This document shows positions 29,612 through 39,785 of a stretch of DNA of 64,000 nt, piece after piece. The stretch spans positions 126,001 through 190,000 of the forward strand of contig MFIU01000001.1 of NCBI GenBank assembly GCA_001778985.1. Reading direction: 5' to 3'. The stretch comes from Candidatus Giovannonibacteria bacterium RIFOXYD1_FULL_48_21 (lineage in GTDB: Bacteria > Patescibacteriota > Minisyncoccia > JACPKW01 > UBA11713). The translations under genes and the position numbers were made by a program. Each line of letters begins with the position of its first letter. The first letter of the stretch is position 1. Below the pieces are notes generated by a model that saw nothing but the letters and a program-made list of their open reading frames with translations, did no database searches and was not told the DNA's origin.

Positions 29612-30195
29612 TTTCCAAATCCACCACTCTGGTTTTTCTGGGGCGGTCGGGAAGCGGGAAAGATACCCAGATTGATTTTTTATTCAAGCGTCCTGATTTT
29701 GCGGGCGCGATTAGAACCGACACCGGCGGGCGTTTCCGAGAACTGGCCCAGCGCGATTCAGTGCTTTGGAAAAAAGCTAAAGACGTTTTGGATCGAGGCG
29801 CTCGCCAGCCGGACTGGTTTGCGTTCTCGCTCTGGCTTTTTTTGGTTGGAGAGAAATTAAAAAGCGATGAGATACTTGTTTCCAGCGGTTCGCCGCGCTC
29901 CTTGCGGGAAGCGAGGCTCATTGACGAGGCCCTCGCGTTTATGGAAAGGCCTCTGGCGGTCGCGGTTTTGGTTGAGGTGAGCCCCCCAGAAGCCACAAAG
30001 AGACTTTTCGCGAGGGGGCGCACGGATGATAACAAAAAGGGCATCGCAGAGCGCATGGCTTGGTTTGAAACCGATGTTATGCCGGCGGTCGAATACTATA
30101 GCGAAGAAAAACGCCTCATCGAAGTTGGCGGCGAGCCTAGTCCGGAAGAGGTTTTTAAAGAATTGGAAGAAAAGCTGGAAAAATATTTTCGATGA
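29608..30195 (+). CDS. adk: adenylate kinase family protein (short, LID-less)
   Basis: GRSGSGKDTQ P-loop, GSPR, RGRTDD; lies between secY and map. Confidence 0.8.
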   Translation: MISKSTTLVFLGRSGSGKDTQIDFLFKRPDFAGAIRTDTGGRFRELAQRDSVLWKKAKDVLDRGARQPDWFAFSLWLFLVGEKLKSDEILVSSGSPRSLREARLIDEALAFMERPLAVAVLVEVSPPEATKRLFARGRTDDNKKGIAERMAWFETDVMPAVEYYSEEKRLIEVGGEPSPEEVFKELEEKLEKYFR

Positions 30196-30953
30196 GCGTA
30201 AAAACTCAGGAAGAAATTCAAATTTTGCGCGAAGGCGGCAGAAAACTAGCCGTCGTTTTGGACGCCTTAAAAAGAGAGCTCTCTGACGGAGTTTCGGCCG
30301 AAGACCTGGACCGCCTCGCGGAAAAATTAATCCGCGAGGCCGGGGGCGAGCCGTCTTTCAAAGGCTATCAAGGCGCTAAAGACAAATATCCTTATTCGGC
30401 CACCGTCTGTTTCTCCATCAACGACGAAGTGGTCCACGGGCTTCCGGACGGCAAAAAAATTAAGGACGGAGATATTATCGGTCTGGATATCGGCATGAAA
30501 TATAAAAATCTTTTTACGGATATGGCTCAGACGATTGGGATTGGTAAAATCGATGAATCTGGCGAAAGATTGATTAGAGTCACGAAAGAAACTCTGGATT
30601 TTGCCATCTCCAAAGTCCGGCCCGGAATTAAAACTGGGGATTTAGGCGAAGCAATTCAGAACTTTGTTGAATCCCGTGGTTTCGGCGTGGTGCGGAATTT
30701 GGTGGGACACGGCGTCGGCTATCAGGTTCACGAAGAGCCGCAGATTCCGAACTGGGGGAAATCAGGCACGGGCCTAGAGCTGGTGGAGGGGATGGTGATT
30801 GCGATTGAGCCCATGGTCACGGAGGGGGATTATAATTTGAAGCTCGCCAAGGACGGCTGGACCTGGAAGACTAAAGACGGCAAACGAGCCGCGCATTTTG
30901 AACATACTTTGGTTATAACCAAAACCGGCGCCGAAGTGCTGACTATGTGCTAA
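30192..30953 (+). CDS. map: methionine aminopeptidase type I
   Basis: SINDEVVHG, GHGVG..HEEP, AIEPM, AHFEHT. Confidence 0.98.
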   Translation: MSVKTQEEIQILREGGRKLAVVLDALKRELSDGVSAEDLDRLAEKLIREAGGEPSFKGYQGAKDKYPYSATVCFSINDEVVHGLPDGKKIKDGDIIGLDIGMKYKNLFTDMAQTIGIGKIDESGERLIRVTKETLDFAISKVRPGIKTGDLGEAIQNFVESRGFGVVRNLVGHGVGYQVHEEPQIPNWGKSGTGLELVEGMVIAIEPMVTEGDYNLKLAKDGWTWKTKDGKRAAHFEHTLVITKTGAEVLTMC

Positions 30954-30963
30954 AATAAATCTA

Positions 30964-31776
30964 ATGCCGCAGCCGGATATCTACCCCGTTAGAAGTAAGT
31001 CGCCGTCGGCGACTGCCGTTCCTTTCTCGGAACGGACTTCTAACGGGGTCTATCTCTCCGTCATAATTCCCGCGTACAACGAGGCGGAGCGATTGCCTAA
31101 AACTTTAAGAAGATTTCAGGAATATTTTCAATCCAAACCCTTTTCTTATGAGATTATCGTGGCCGCGGACGGCCCTTCTGACAATACGATTGAAATTGCC
31201 CAAAATATGGCCGCGGAGATAAAAAATCTTAAGGTTTTGGAACGAAGGCAAAACCGCGGCAAAGGTTACACCGTCCGGGAAGGGATGCTGGCCGCCCAAG
31301 GCCGCCTCCGGCTTTTCGCCGACGCCGACAATTCCACGGATATTTCTCATTTTGACAAAATGCGCTCTCTTTTTGATAAGGGCTGCGACGTGGTCATTTG
31401 CTCCCGCGACGAAAAGGATGCCCCGGGCGCGAAACAAGCGGTTCCTCAAGCGTGGCCTAAGCGCCTTTTAGGGAATATGGGAAACCTTTTTATCCAATTC
31501 ATTGCGGTTCGGGGGATTTGGGACACCCAGTGCGGTTTTAAGGCTTTTCGCTCCGCGGCGGCTCAAAATATTTTCTCGCGCGCCAGAATAAACCGCTGGG
31601 GCTTTGACATCGAAGTTTTGGCGCTGGCCCGCGCTTTGAATTATAAAATCGGCATCATCCCCGCCAACTGGATAAACGACCCCAAAAGCCACGTGAAATT
31701 GTCCGGGTATTTGCAGGTTTTGTGGGAGACCGTCAAAATAAGATGGAATTTAATGACGGGCCGATATAATTTATGA
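30964..31776 (+). CDS. GT2 glycosyltransferase (dolichyl-phosphate glucosyltransferase-like)
   Basis: LSVIIPAYNE, NRGKG, FADAD, DTQCGFK, FDIE; carries an in-frame element at the N-terminus. Confidence 0.92.
   Translation: MPQPDIYPVRSKSPSATAVPFSERTSNGVYLSVIIPAYNEAERLPKTLRRFQEYFQSKPFSYEIIVAADGPSDNTIEIAQNMAAEIKNLKVLERRQNRGKGYTVREGMLAAQGRLRLFADADNSTDISHFDKMRSLFDKGCDVVICSRDEKDAPGAKQAVPQAWPKRLLGNMGNLFIQFIAVRGIWDTQCGFKAFRSAAAQNIFSRARINRWGFDIEVLALARALNYKIGIIPANWINDPKSHVKLSGYLQVLWETVKIRWNLMTGRYNL
30984..31048. mobile_element. 65-bp TIR-bounded element inserted in frame, with TCTA duplication
   Basis: TCTA-CCCCGTTAGAAGT...ACTTCTAACGGGG-TCTA; 69 bp equals 23 codons. Confidence 0.85.
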
Positions 31777-32744
31777 CCCGTTCCGAATTTCGAAAAGATA
31801 TTGTTTCCGGGGATTGGATTTTGGTGGCCGGCGGTCTCAAGAAGAAGCCGAATTTTTTCGCGAAAGCCCCGAAAAAAATAAAGATATCAAAAAAGGGATG
31901 CCCCTTTGAAAATGTGAAAGAGGGACATAAATTAATTTTATCTTCCGAGTTTGCTAAAGTGGTTTTGAATAAATTTCCTATTTTGACTCCGCGCAAGGTC
32001 TGCCCCATTCCTCTTTCCGAAGCTCCTTACGAAAAAATGGCCGGCGTAGGTTTTCAGGAACTCGTCATCACTCCGGACCATTCGCGCTCTTTGGGAGATA
32101 TGATGAAAGAGGAAATCCTTTCCGTCCTTGAAGCTTATCTCTCGCGCTACCAGGCGCTGAAAAAGGAGAAATGCATCGAATATATTTTGATTTTTCACAA
32201 CCACGGACCCTCGGCCGGCGCCACCGTGCCGCATCCGCACTCGCAAATTTTAGCTCTGCCCATAATCCCTTTGGATGTTGAAAGGAGCCTTTCCGGCTCG
32301 GCCAGCTACTTTAAGAAATACTCCCGCTGTGTTCACTGCGCCATTCTTAAAAAAGAGCTTCGGAATAAAAAAAGAATCATCTACAAAAATAAAGACTTCA
32401 TTGCGATTGCGCCCTACGCCTCGCATGTTTCTTTCGAAACCAGGCTTTACCCCTTGAAGCACGGTTCCAATTTCGAAGAGATGAGCCAGGCGGAGAAAGA
32501 AAATTTCGCGGATATGATGCGAGCCGTCTTCGCCAAACTTAAAAATGGGATGAATAATCCGGATTATAATTTTTTCATCCATACTGCCCCGGTCAAGGCC
32601 GACCACGTGAAACATTATCACTGGCATCTCGAGATTCTGCCGCGGACCAACATCTGGGGCGGGGTGGAGCTCGGCACCGGAACCGAAGTGATTAAAATGC
32701 CTCCCGAAGAATCCGCCAAAATTTTACGCGAAGCCAGGACATGA
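31773..32744 (+). CDS. galT: galactose-1-phosphate uridylyltransferase (GalT family)
   Basis: NKFP, FHNHGPSAGATVPHPHSQ, YHWHLEILPR. Confidence 0.88.
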   Translation: MTRSEFRKDIVSGDWILVAGGLKKKPNFFAKAPKKIKISKKGCPFENVKEGHKLILSSEFAKVVLNKFPILTPRKVCPIPLSEAPYEKMAGVGFQELVITPDHSRSLGDMMKEEILSVLEAYLSRYQALKKEKCIEYILIFHNHGPSAGATVPHPHSQILALPIIPLDVERSLSGSASYFKKYSRCVHCAILKKELRNKKRIIYKNKDFIAIAPYASHVSFETRLYPLKHGSNFEEMSQAEKENFADMMRAVFAKLKNGMNNPDYNFFIHTAPVKADHVKHYHWHLEILPRTNIWGGVELGTGTEVIKMPPEESAKILREART

Positions 32745-33358
32745 TGGAAAGTTTTTTCGGATTCGATTTGGTTTCTTTGATTAAAACCGCGGGCTACCTC
32801 GGGCTTTTCGGGATTATCTTTGCCGAATCCGGGCTTTTGATTGGTTTTTTTCTGCCCGGAGACAGCTTGTTGTTTACGGCCGGTTTTCTGGCTTCCCAAG
32901 GGGTTTTGAATGTTTGGCTCCTGGTCCCGTTGACTTTTATTGCCGCGGTCTTGGGAGATAATTTCGGCTATGCCTTCGGGCGGAGAGTCGGGCCCGCGAT
33001 TTTCAGGAAGGAAAACTCGCTTTTCTTCCGCAAAGAATATTTGGAACGCGCCCGAATTTTTTACGAAGTGCACGGCGGGAAAACTCTGATACTCGCCAGA
33101 TTTTTGCCTGTCATCAGAACTTTCGCGCCCATTTTGGCCGGGGTGGGGGGAATGCGCTACCGAGCTTTTCTTTTTTATAATTTTTTGGGCGCGGTCTTGT
33201 GGGCCATCGGCCTGACGCTTTTGGGTTTCTATCTGGGAAATTTCATTCCCGGGGTAGACCGTTACTTTATCCCCATTGTTCTGGCGATTATCATTTTTTC
33301 CAGCCTCCCCGGTCTGGTGCATCTTTTCAGAAACAGGAAACTTTTGACTAAGCCGTGA
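32741..33358 (+). CDS. DedA family protein
   Basis: FAESGLLIGFFLPGDSLLF and ARFLPVIRTF. Confidence 0.95.
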   Translation: MMESFFGFDLVSLIKTAGYLGLFGIIFAESGLLIGFFLPGDSLLFTAGFLASQGVLNVWLLVPLTFIAAVLGDNFGYAFGRRVGPAIFRKENSLFFRKEYLERARIFYEVHGGKTLILARFLPVIRTFAPILAGVGGMRYRAFLFYNFLGAVLWAIGLTLLGFYLGNFIPGVDRYFIPIVLAIIIFSSLPGLVHLFRNRKLLTKP

Positions 33359-34104
33359 AAAAGACCATTATTGCCAATTGGAAGATGGATCCGACAAGCG
33401 CCCGAGAGGCCCGACAGCTTTTCGCGCAGATAAAAAACAAAGTCCGGAAGTTGAGAGGCGTGGAAACGGTAATCGCGCCGCCCTTCGTCTATCTGCCGCT
33501 TTTTAGGCCGACGAGTCATTTTAAACTTGGCGCCCAAGATGTTTCTTTCGCCAGCGAAGGCGCTTGGACCGGAGAGATTTCGGCCAAGATGCTCCTGGAT
33601 TTAAAAGTTTCTTATGTCCTCGTTGGCCATTCGGAACGAAGAGAGCTCGGCGAAACCCATAATTCCGTGCATCAAAAACTGGCGGCCGCCCTTTCCAAAG
33701 GACTTCGCGCGGTTTTATGCGTGGGCGAGAAGGAGCGAAGCCGCGAAGCTTTCCCGGCGCTGGTGCGCGAGGAAGTAAAGTCGGCTCTGAAGGGCGTGCC
33801 GAGGCGTTTTGCCGCCAGAGCCCTCATCGCCTATGAGCCGGTTTGGGCCATCTCTTCTCACTCCGGCGGCAGGGCCGACACCTCTCAGAATTTTTTTGAG
33901 ATGTCCATTTTTATCCGGCGCCTTGTTCTCGATATCTGGGGCAAGTCCGCGGCGCTGAAACTTCCGATTCTCTACGGCGGCTCGGTCAATTCCAAAAATG
34001 CCGCCGGATTTTTGGGAGTGAAAAGCTCCGGAGGGCTTCTGGTCGGCCAGGCGAGTTTGAACCCCGGGGAGTTTAGCAAAATACTCGAGGCGGCGTCACG
34101 ATGA
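33355..34104 (+). CDS. tpiA: triosephosphate isomerase
   Basis: ANWKM, GHSERR, AYEPVWAI, LYGGSV. Confidence 0.98.
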   Translation: MKKTIIANWKMDPTSAREARQLFAQIKNKVRKLRGVETVIAPPFVYLPLFRPTSHFKLGAQDVSFASEGAWTGEISAKMLLDLKVSYVLVGHSERRELGETHNSVHQKLAAALSKGLRAVLCVGEKERSREAFPALVREEVKSALKGVPRRFAARALIAYEPVWAISSHSGGRADTSQNFFEMSIFIRRLVLDIWGKSAALKLPILYGGSVNSKNAAGFLGVKSSGGLLVGQASLNPGEFSKILEAASR

Positions 34105-35063
34105 GGAATTTGAGAAAGGCCGAAGTTCGGGGAAAACGCGTTTTGGTACGGGTTGATTTTAACGTTTCCCTGATTGGGCGCGGTGAGAGGAGAATAGAAA
34201 AAACTTTGCCGACCCTGCGCTATCTTCTCGGAAAAGGGGCCAAACTGGTTCTGGCCACACATATGGAGAAGAATGACGGGATTCGCCCCAGCACCAAAAA
34301 GCTTTCTGAATTTCTTAGAAAAACTTATTTTCGGCGAGAGAAAAATTTAGAAATTCTCGAAAACCTTCGCTGGAACCCTGGCGAGGAAAATTGTTCTTTG
34401 GGGTTTGCGAAGCGCCTGGCCCGGGGCGCGGATTTATACGTGAATGAGGCTTTCGCGGCATCGCACCGCCGGCACGCCTCGATCGTCCTTTTGCCGCGGC
34501 TTTTGCCGTCTTATTGCGGTTTTTTGTTCGAAAACGAAATTAAAAATCTCTCCAAAGTTTTTCGGCCGCCCCATCCTTTCACTTTTATTTTAGGCGGCGG
34601 GAAAGTTGAAACCAAACTCCCAATTTTGAAAAGCCTCCTTCCGAGAGCTGACCGGGTCTTGGTCGGCGGCAAACTGCTGGACCTTTTTGCCCTAGGAAAA
34701 AAGCCGCCCCCTTCCAAAAAAATAATTTTGCCGAAAGAAATCATAGTTTTGAGAAAGAAAGTCGTGGACGTCGGGCCGGGAAGTTTTGAGGAGTGGGCCA
34801 GAGTTATCAAAGAATCAAAGCTAGTGGTCTGGAACGGCCCTTTGGGATATATCGAGAAAGGGTTTAATGGCGGCACCAAGAAATTGATTTCGATTTTGAA
34901 GAAGACGAGGGCCGAAGTTATCATCGGCGGCGGGGACACGCTCGATTTCTTGCCCCAGACTCTCCCGAAGAATATTTTTGTTTCCACTGGCGGCGGTGCT
35001 ATGCTGGAATATCTGGCAAAAGGCACCTTGCCAGGGATGCGGGCATTAGAAATTAGGAATTAG
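34101..35063 (+). CDS. pgk: phosphoglycerate kinase (shortened, 320 aa)
   Basis: RVDFNV, LENLR, WNGPLG, GGGDT, STGGGA. Confidence 0.95.
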   Translation: MRNLRKAEVRGKRVLVRVDFNVSLIGRGERRIEKTLPTLRYLLGKGAKLVLATHMEKNDGIRPSTKKLSEFLRKTYFRREKNLEILENLRWNPGEENCSLGFAKRLARGADLYVNEAFAASHRRHASIVLLPRLLPSYCGFLFENEIKNLSKVFRPPHPFTFILGGGKVETKLPILKSLLPRADRVLVGGKLLDLFALGKKPPPSKKIILPKEIIVLRKKVVDVGPGSFEEWARVIKESKLVVWNGPLGYIEKGFNGGTKKLISILKKTRAEVIIGGGDTLDFLPQTLPKNIFVSTGGGAMLEYLAKGTLPGMRALEIRN

Positions 35064-35076
35064 AAATTTAAGAAGT

Positions 35077-35871
35077 ATGTGGTTCAAGGATGCGGAAAAT
35101 TTCAAAAAATACTGCGGTTACGAAATAAACGGCGTTTGGTATCCGCGGGTCACGAAGATTATTGATATTAAATCCAAACCGGCGCTTGAATTTTTTTATA
35201 AAGACATGGAGAATTTTTCAGCCGCCAGGCAGGTTTCCTCGAAGTCCGCCCAAGAGGGCTCTTTGGTTCATGAGGTGGTTCAAAAATTGGCGGTGGGAGA
35301 GAAAACCGATATCCCTCCGGAAATTAAATCCGCGGTGGAAGCTTTTCAGGAGATGCAGGAGGAAAAAAATATTGTTTTTTATCCCGAGTTCATAGAAAAA
35401 AGAGTCTGGTCAGCGGAGAATCGTTACGCCGGAACCCTCGACGCCCTGGCCACCATTGACGGCAAGTTTGGGGTTTTAGATATCAAGACCTCGGCCGGCT
35501 TTTATCCGGAATACAATTTACAGACCGCGGCCTACCTCCAGGCCCTGCGGGAGGAGGAAGTGAAAAGCGACTTGGCCCTTCCGGAAGAAGTCCAGACCCG
35601 CTGGATTTTACGCGTAAATCAGCACCGGGTCTGCAAAAAATGCGGCGCAAAACTTCGGGAGAAGGGCGGCCGGAGCAAGGTGACTTTGGCCAAAAATAAC
35701 GGCATTAAGCCCTGTAAAGATGAGGAACACGATTGGAGTCTGGTCATCGGCGACGTGGAGCTGAAAGAATTCCCGTACTACGCCCGAGATATCAAAGCGT
35801 TTCTCGCCGCCAAAATCCTCTGGGAGTGGGAGAACGATTACTGGCTCAGGCAGATTGGCTATTCCAGATGA
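35077..35871 (+). CDS. PD-(D/E)XK nuclease-like protein
   Basis: YPRVT, AGTLD, LDIKT, LQTAAY, CxxC. Confidence 0.8.
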   Translation: MWFKDAENFKKYCGYEINGVWYPRVTKIIDIKSKPALEFFYKDMENFSAARQVSSKSAQEGSLVHEVVQKLAVGEKTDIPPEIKSAVEAFQEMQEEKNIVFYPEFIEKRVWSAENRYAGTLDALATIDGKFGVLDIKTSAGFYPEYNLQTAAYLQALREEEVKSDLALPEEVQTRWILRVNQHRVCKKCGAKLREKGGRSKVTLAKNNGIKPCKDEEHDWSLVIGDVELKEFPYYARDIKAFLAAKILWEWENDYWLRQIGYSR

Positions 35872-36326
35872 CGTTTAAAGCGGCCTCTGAAAAACTGATT
35901 GTCTATACTGACGGAGGGGCGAGAGGAAACCCCGGGCCGGCGGCTTTGGGAGTTGTGATTCAGGACGCGAAAGGCCGCGCTATTAAAAAATATGGGGAGC
36001 GCTTGGGGATTAAAACTAACAATGAAGCCGAATATGAGGCGGTTATTTTCGCCCTTCAGAAATTAAAAGCGCTTTACGGCAGAGAAAAAACAAAAAAAAT
36101 GCAGATTGACATGCGGATGGATTCGGAGTTTGTGGCCAAGCAGTTGAACGGCGCGTACAAAGTTGAAGAGGAGCGGCTTTTCCCGCTTTTCATCAAAGTT
36201 TGGAATTTGAAGATGGATTTTAGGGGAATCAGTTTTACGCATGTTCCCCGCACTCAAAATAAAGAAGCGGATAAGATTTTGAATGAAGTTTTGGACGGGA
36301 AAGGGGCGCCGACGCTTTTCGGATGA
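35868..36326 (+). CDS. rnhA: ribonuclease HI
   Basis: YTDGGARGNPGPA, TNNEAEY, DSE, HVPR.QNKEAD. Confidence 0.93.
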   Translation: MTFKAASEKLIVYTDGGARGNPGPAALGVVIQDAKGRAIKKYGERLGIKTNNEAEYEAVIFALQKLKALYGREKTKKMQIDMRMDSEFVAKQLNGAYKVEEERLFPLFIKVWNLKMDFRGISFTHVPRTQNKEADKILNEVLDGKGAPTLFG

Positions 36327-37654
36327 GAAATTTTTTCGTTGTTATCCTGGCTGGATTTTTTTCAGGAGTGTTCATTCGCTCCTTTTTTGATTTTGGCTTT
36401 GAGTTTGCGGCACTTTTTATATTTTTAGGAGCTATTCTGGGGTTTCTTTTTTGGCGTTTTTTGTTTTCAAATTTTATTATTTTTTCAGCGATATTTTTCG
36501 TATCTTTTAGCTTGGGTGTTCTCCGTTATGAGATTCGAGACGCCCGCCCCGCCCTAACACCCGGGGAAGTTAAACTTTCCGGAACGATTATCGACGACCC
36601 CCAGAGACTCGATAAGTTCACGCGAGCCGTATTTGAAACAAGTGAGAGTGCGAAAGTTCTTTTGACCTTGCCGCATTATCCCGAAGTTAATTACGGCGAC
36701 AAACTTACCGTCGAAGGCCGTCTCGAAGAGCCTGCCCGGCAGCTGCCGGGTTCAGATTTCGACTGGAAGTCGTATTTAGCCAAAGATAATATTTATTTTG
36801 AAATCTTTTTGCCTAAAATAATCGTGCGAGAAGAAGGAGGCGGTTTTTGGCTGAAGCGATTTTTATTCGCGGTCAAGCATCGGTTCTTGGAAAATCTTTC
36901 AAGGGTTTTGCCGGAGCCGCATAGCGCGTTTCTGGCCGGACTTACGGTGGGCGAGCGGACTTCGCTTCCGGAGGAGCTCGAAGAAAATTTCAGAAAAGTG
37001 GGAGTGGTTCATATCATCGTTCTTTCCGGATATAACATTTCAATTATTGCTGACAGCTCCCTGAAACTTATCGGATATTTGCCGATTGCCAAGGTTTTCA
37101 GAACGCTTCTGGCGACTGGCGGTATTTTACTCTTCGCGATTTTAACGGGCGCCTCGGCGACCGTCGTCCGAGCCGCGATTATGGGTATTTTGCTTCTCTG
37201 GGCCAGAGAAACCGGGAAAATTTATCAGGCACTCGCGGCTTTGATTTTCGCGGCCTTTTTGATGACTTTGGTGAATCCAAAGGTTTTGCGCTTTGACGCC
37301 TCGTTTCAGCTGTCATTTTTAGCCACCGCTGGCTTGATTTTTCTGGTTCCAAGGCTCGAGAAATATTTTAAGTGGTTTCCTAATTTCTGGAAATTCCGCG
37401 AGCATCTTTTAGCCACCATCTCCACGCAAATTTTTGTCTTACCGCTTTTGCTCTCGTTAGGCGGGACATTTTCCTGGGCAACTATTCCCGCGAATCTTCT
37501 GATTTTAAGCGCGATTCCTTCCACCATGTTTTTCGGTTTTATTTCAGGCCTGGCCGGTTTTTTCTCCTACTATCTTTCCTGGCTCTTGGCCTGGCCCGCG
37601 TATTTTCTTTTGGCCTATGAGCTTTGGGTGGTTAAAATTTTCGCCGGACAGTGA
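36323..37654 (+). CDS. comEC: ComEC/Rec2 competence membrane domain protein
   Basis: GVVHIIVLSGYN, VRAAIM, SFQLSFLAT. Confidence 0.92.
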   Translation: MRNFFVVILAGFFSGVFIRSFFDFGFEFAALFIFLGAILGFLFWRFLFSNFIIFSAIFFVSFSLGVLRYEIRDARPALTPGEVKLSGTIIDDPQRLDKFTRAVFETSESAKVLLTLPHYPEVNYGDKLTVEGRLEEPARQLPGSDFDWKSYLAKDNIYFEIFLPKIIVREEGGGFWLKRFLFAVKHRFLENLSRVLPEPHSAFLAGLTVGERTSLPEELEENFRKVGVVHIIVLSGYNISIIADSSLKLIGYLPIAKVFRTLLATGGILLFAILTGASATVVRAAIMGILLLWARETGKIYQALAALIFAAFLMTLVNPKVLRFDASFQLSFLATAGLIFLVPRLEKYFKWFPNFWKFREHLLATISTQIFVLPLLLSLGGTFSWATIPANLLILSAIPSTMFFGFISGLAGFFSYYLSWLLAWPAYFLLAYELWVVKIFAGQ

Positions 37655-38499
37655 AAAAAAGATTTAAGTATCTTTTTATTTTAGGGCTGGTCGCGATTAC
37701 GGCTCTGCTTTGGCGGCAAGTTTTTTATTTAGAGAAGAGAGAGCTGAAGTTTTACGTTCTGGACGTGGGCCAAGGGGACGCGATTTTCATTGAGACGCCG
37801 ACGAAAAACCAGATTTTAATAGACGGCGGACCGGAGCGGAGCGTTTTGGAAGAGCTCGGCGAAGTCATGCCGTTTTACGACCGCACGATTGATTTAGTTC
37901 TGCTTACGCATCCAAATTTAGACCACGCGGCCGGTTTGGTGAACGTGCTTAAAAGTTACGAAGTCAAATATTTTGTCGATACGGATGATTCTTATTATCT
38001 CGCGGAGTATGAGGAATTGAAGAAAATTGTCGAAGAGAAAAATATTTCTCGTGTTATAGCTCGTCGGGGAACGAAAATTGTTTTAGATCGCGGGGCGGAG
38101 CTTGTTATTCTTCATCCGGATAAGTTGGCCAAGGGCGAACCGAATCAAAATAGCATCATCACCCAACTCTCTTTTGGAGATATTGATTTTCTCCTTACGG
38201 GTGACGCGGAAAAAGGCGAGGAGTTAAAATTGATAGAGAATGGCGACGACCTTCAGAGCGAAGTTTTAAAAGTCGGACATCACGGCTCCAAAACTTCTTC
38301 CAATCCTTTGTTCCTGGAAAAAGTTAAGCCGCGATACGCTTTAATCTCCGTTGGCCGCCAAAACCGCTACGGCCATCCCGCGAGCGAAGTCTTAAATAGC
38401 CTCGCGCTCGCCGGCGCAAAAATTTTTCGAACCGACGCGGACTCCCGGATTAAGATTGAAAGCAACGGGACAGATTTGACTGTAAGCCCAGAAAAGTAG
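37651..38499 (+). CDS. ComEC-type metallo-beta-lactamase domain protein (split ComEC C-terminal part)
   Basis: LDVGQGD, LIDGG, THP.LDH, KVGHHGS, N.YGHP. Confidence 0.92.
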   Translation: MKKRFKYLFILGLVAITALLWRQVFYLEKRELKFYVLDVGQGDAIFIETPTKNQILIDGGPERSVLEELGEVMPFYDRTIDLVLLTHPNLDHAAGLVNVLKSYEVKYFVDTDDSYYLAEYEELKKIVEEKNISRVIARRGTKIVLDRGAELVILHPDKLAKGEPNQNSIITQLSFGDIDFLLTGDAEKGEELKLIENGDDLQSEVLKVGHHGSKTSSNPLFLEKVKPRYALISVGRQNRYGHPASEVLNSLALAGAKIFRTDADSRIKIESNGTDLTVSPEK

Positions 38500-38521
38500 T
38501 ATTATCAGAAATACTTATTTT

Positions 38522-39613
38522 ATGAAAAATTTTGATTTCCCGATTTTTAAGACAAAAACAGAAGGGGTTACGGAAAAATTTTCTCTGGAAGACCCGGTGG
38601 GGCGGCGCAAATACTTTGAAGCCAAGGCCGGGGCGGAGATAGAAAAACTTAGGGATTGGCTCTCGGGGAATAATTTCGTTGCTTTTCTTTTGGGCCCCAA
38701 AAATTCAGGCAAGGGGACATATACGAAATTATTCATGGAGGCCGTGGGTTTGGACCGAGTGGCGCATATTTCGATTGGCGATGTCGTCCGTGGCGCTCAC
38801 CAGGATTTGAGCCACGCTGCTTCCAAAAAAGAACTCGTCGAGTTTCTGAAAAAAAGATACCGCGGCGTAGTTTCCATTCAAGAAATTTGCAAGCTGATTC
38901 TCGGCTGGGGAGTTTCAACGCCGCTTTTGCCCACGGAAGCGATTTTGGCTCTGGTGGAGCGGGAAGTTTCTCGAATCGGCCGCAAGGTTATTTTCATAGA
39001 CGGCTTTCCGAGGAATCTTGACCAAATTTCACTTTCTCTTTATTTCCGAGCGCTCATCGGCTATCGCGACGACCCTGACTTTTTTGTGTTCATAGATGTT
39101 CCCGAAGCGGTGATTGACGAACGGCTGAAATTCCGCGTAATCTGTCCGCTTTGCCAAACCCCGCGCAATACGAAACTTTTACGCACGAAAGAGGTCGGCT
39201 ACGATGCGAGCAAAAAAGAGTTTTATCTTATTTGCGACAACCCAACCTGCCAGGGGTTTGGAACAGCACGGATGGTTTCGAAACAAGGAGACGAACTCGG
39301 CATTGAAGCCATTCGGGAACGGATTGAGGTTGACCGCATGGTTATGAAAACTCTCTTGGAGCTCGAAGGCGTTGACAAAATATTTCTTCGAAACAGCGTC
39401 CCGGCGGATAAAGCCGGAGAATATGTTGATGATTATGAAATAACCCCAGCTTATCTTTACGAATGGGATGAAAAACAAAAGAAAGTTTTAGTTCGAGAAG
39501 AACCCTGGACCATAAAAGACGACTCTGGAAAAGATTCATATAGCTTGTTACCGCAGCCAGTGGCCCTCGCGCTTATAAAACAACTTGCAAACAATTTATT
39601 AACAATTTATTGA
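38522..39613 (+). CDS. extended adenylate kinase-like P-loop protein
   Basis: GPKNSGKGT, HISIGD, IDGFPR, Cys-containing LID-like region. Confidence 0.75.
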   Translation: MKNFDFPIFKTKTEGVTEKFSLEDPVGRRKYFEAKAGAEIEKLRDWLSGNNFVAFLLGPKNSGKGTYTKLFMEAVGLDRVAHISIGDVVRGAHQDLSHAASKKELVEFLKKRYRGVVSIQEICKLILGWGVSTPLLPTEAILALVEREVSRIGRKVIFIDGFPRNLDQISLSLYFRALIGYRDDPDFFVFIDVPEAVIDERLKFRVICPLCQTPRNTKLLRTKEVGYDASKKEFYLICDNPTCQGFGTARMVSKQGDELGIEAIRERIEVDRMVMKTLLELEGVDKIFLRNSVPADKAGEYVDDYEITPAYLYEWDEKQKKVLVREEPWTIKDDSGKDSYSLLPQPVALALIKQLANNLLTIY

Positions 39614-39646
39614 TACGCTTTCAACAGCGAATTCAATTACAACATA

Positions 39647-39785
39647 ACTCCTGGACGCTGGGAACTTCACAAGCTTTTTGTGAGCGCTAGAGTGAAACTG
39701 AAGGTATCGCCAGAGCTACTACACCAAGTTATCACTCCGAAACCTCCCTATGTGCAGCCTTGCCCGTGGGCAGGCGCCGGGGACA
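39647..39785 (+). ncRNA. candidate structured ncRNA (possibly 6S-like)
   Basis: Intergenic; ends can pair (CTCCTGG.CGC/GCGCCGGGG); long internal stem GAGTGA.AACT..GGT/ACC.AGTT.TCACTC; side hairpins. Confidence 0.3.
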
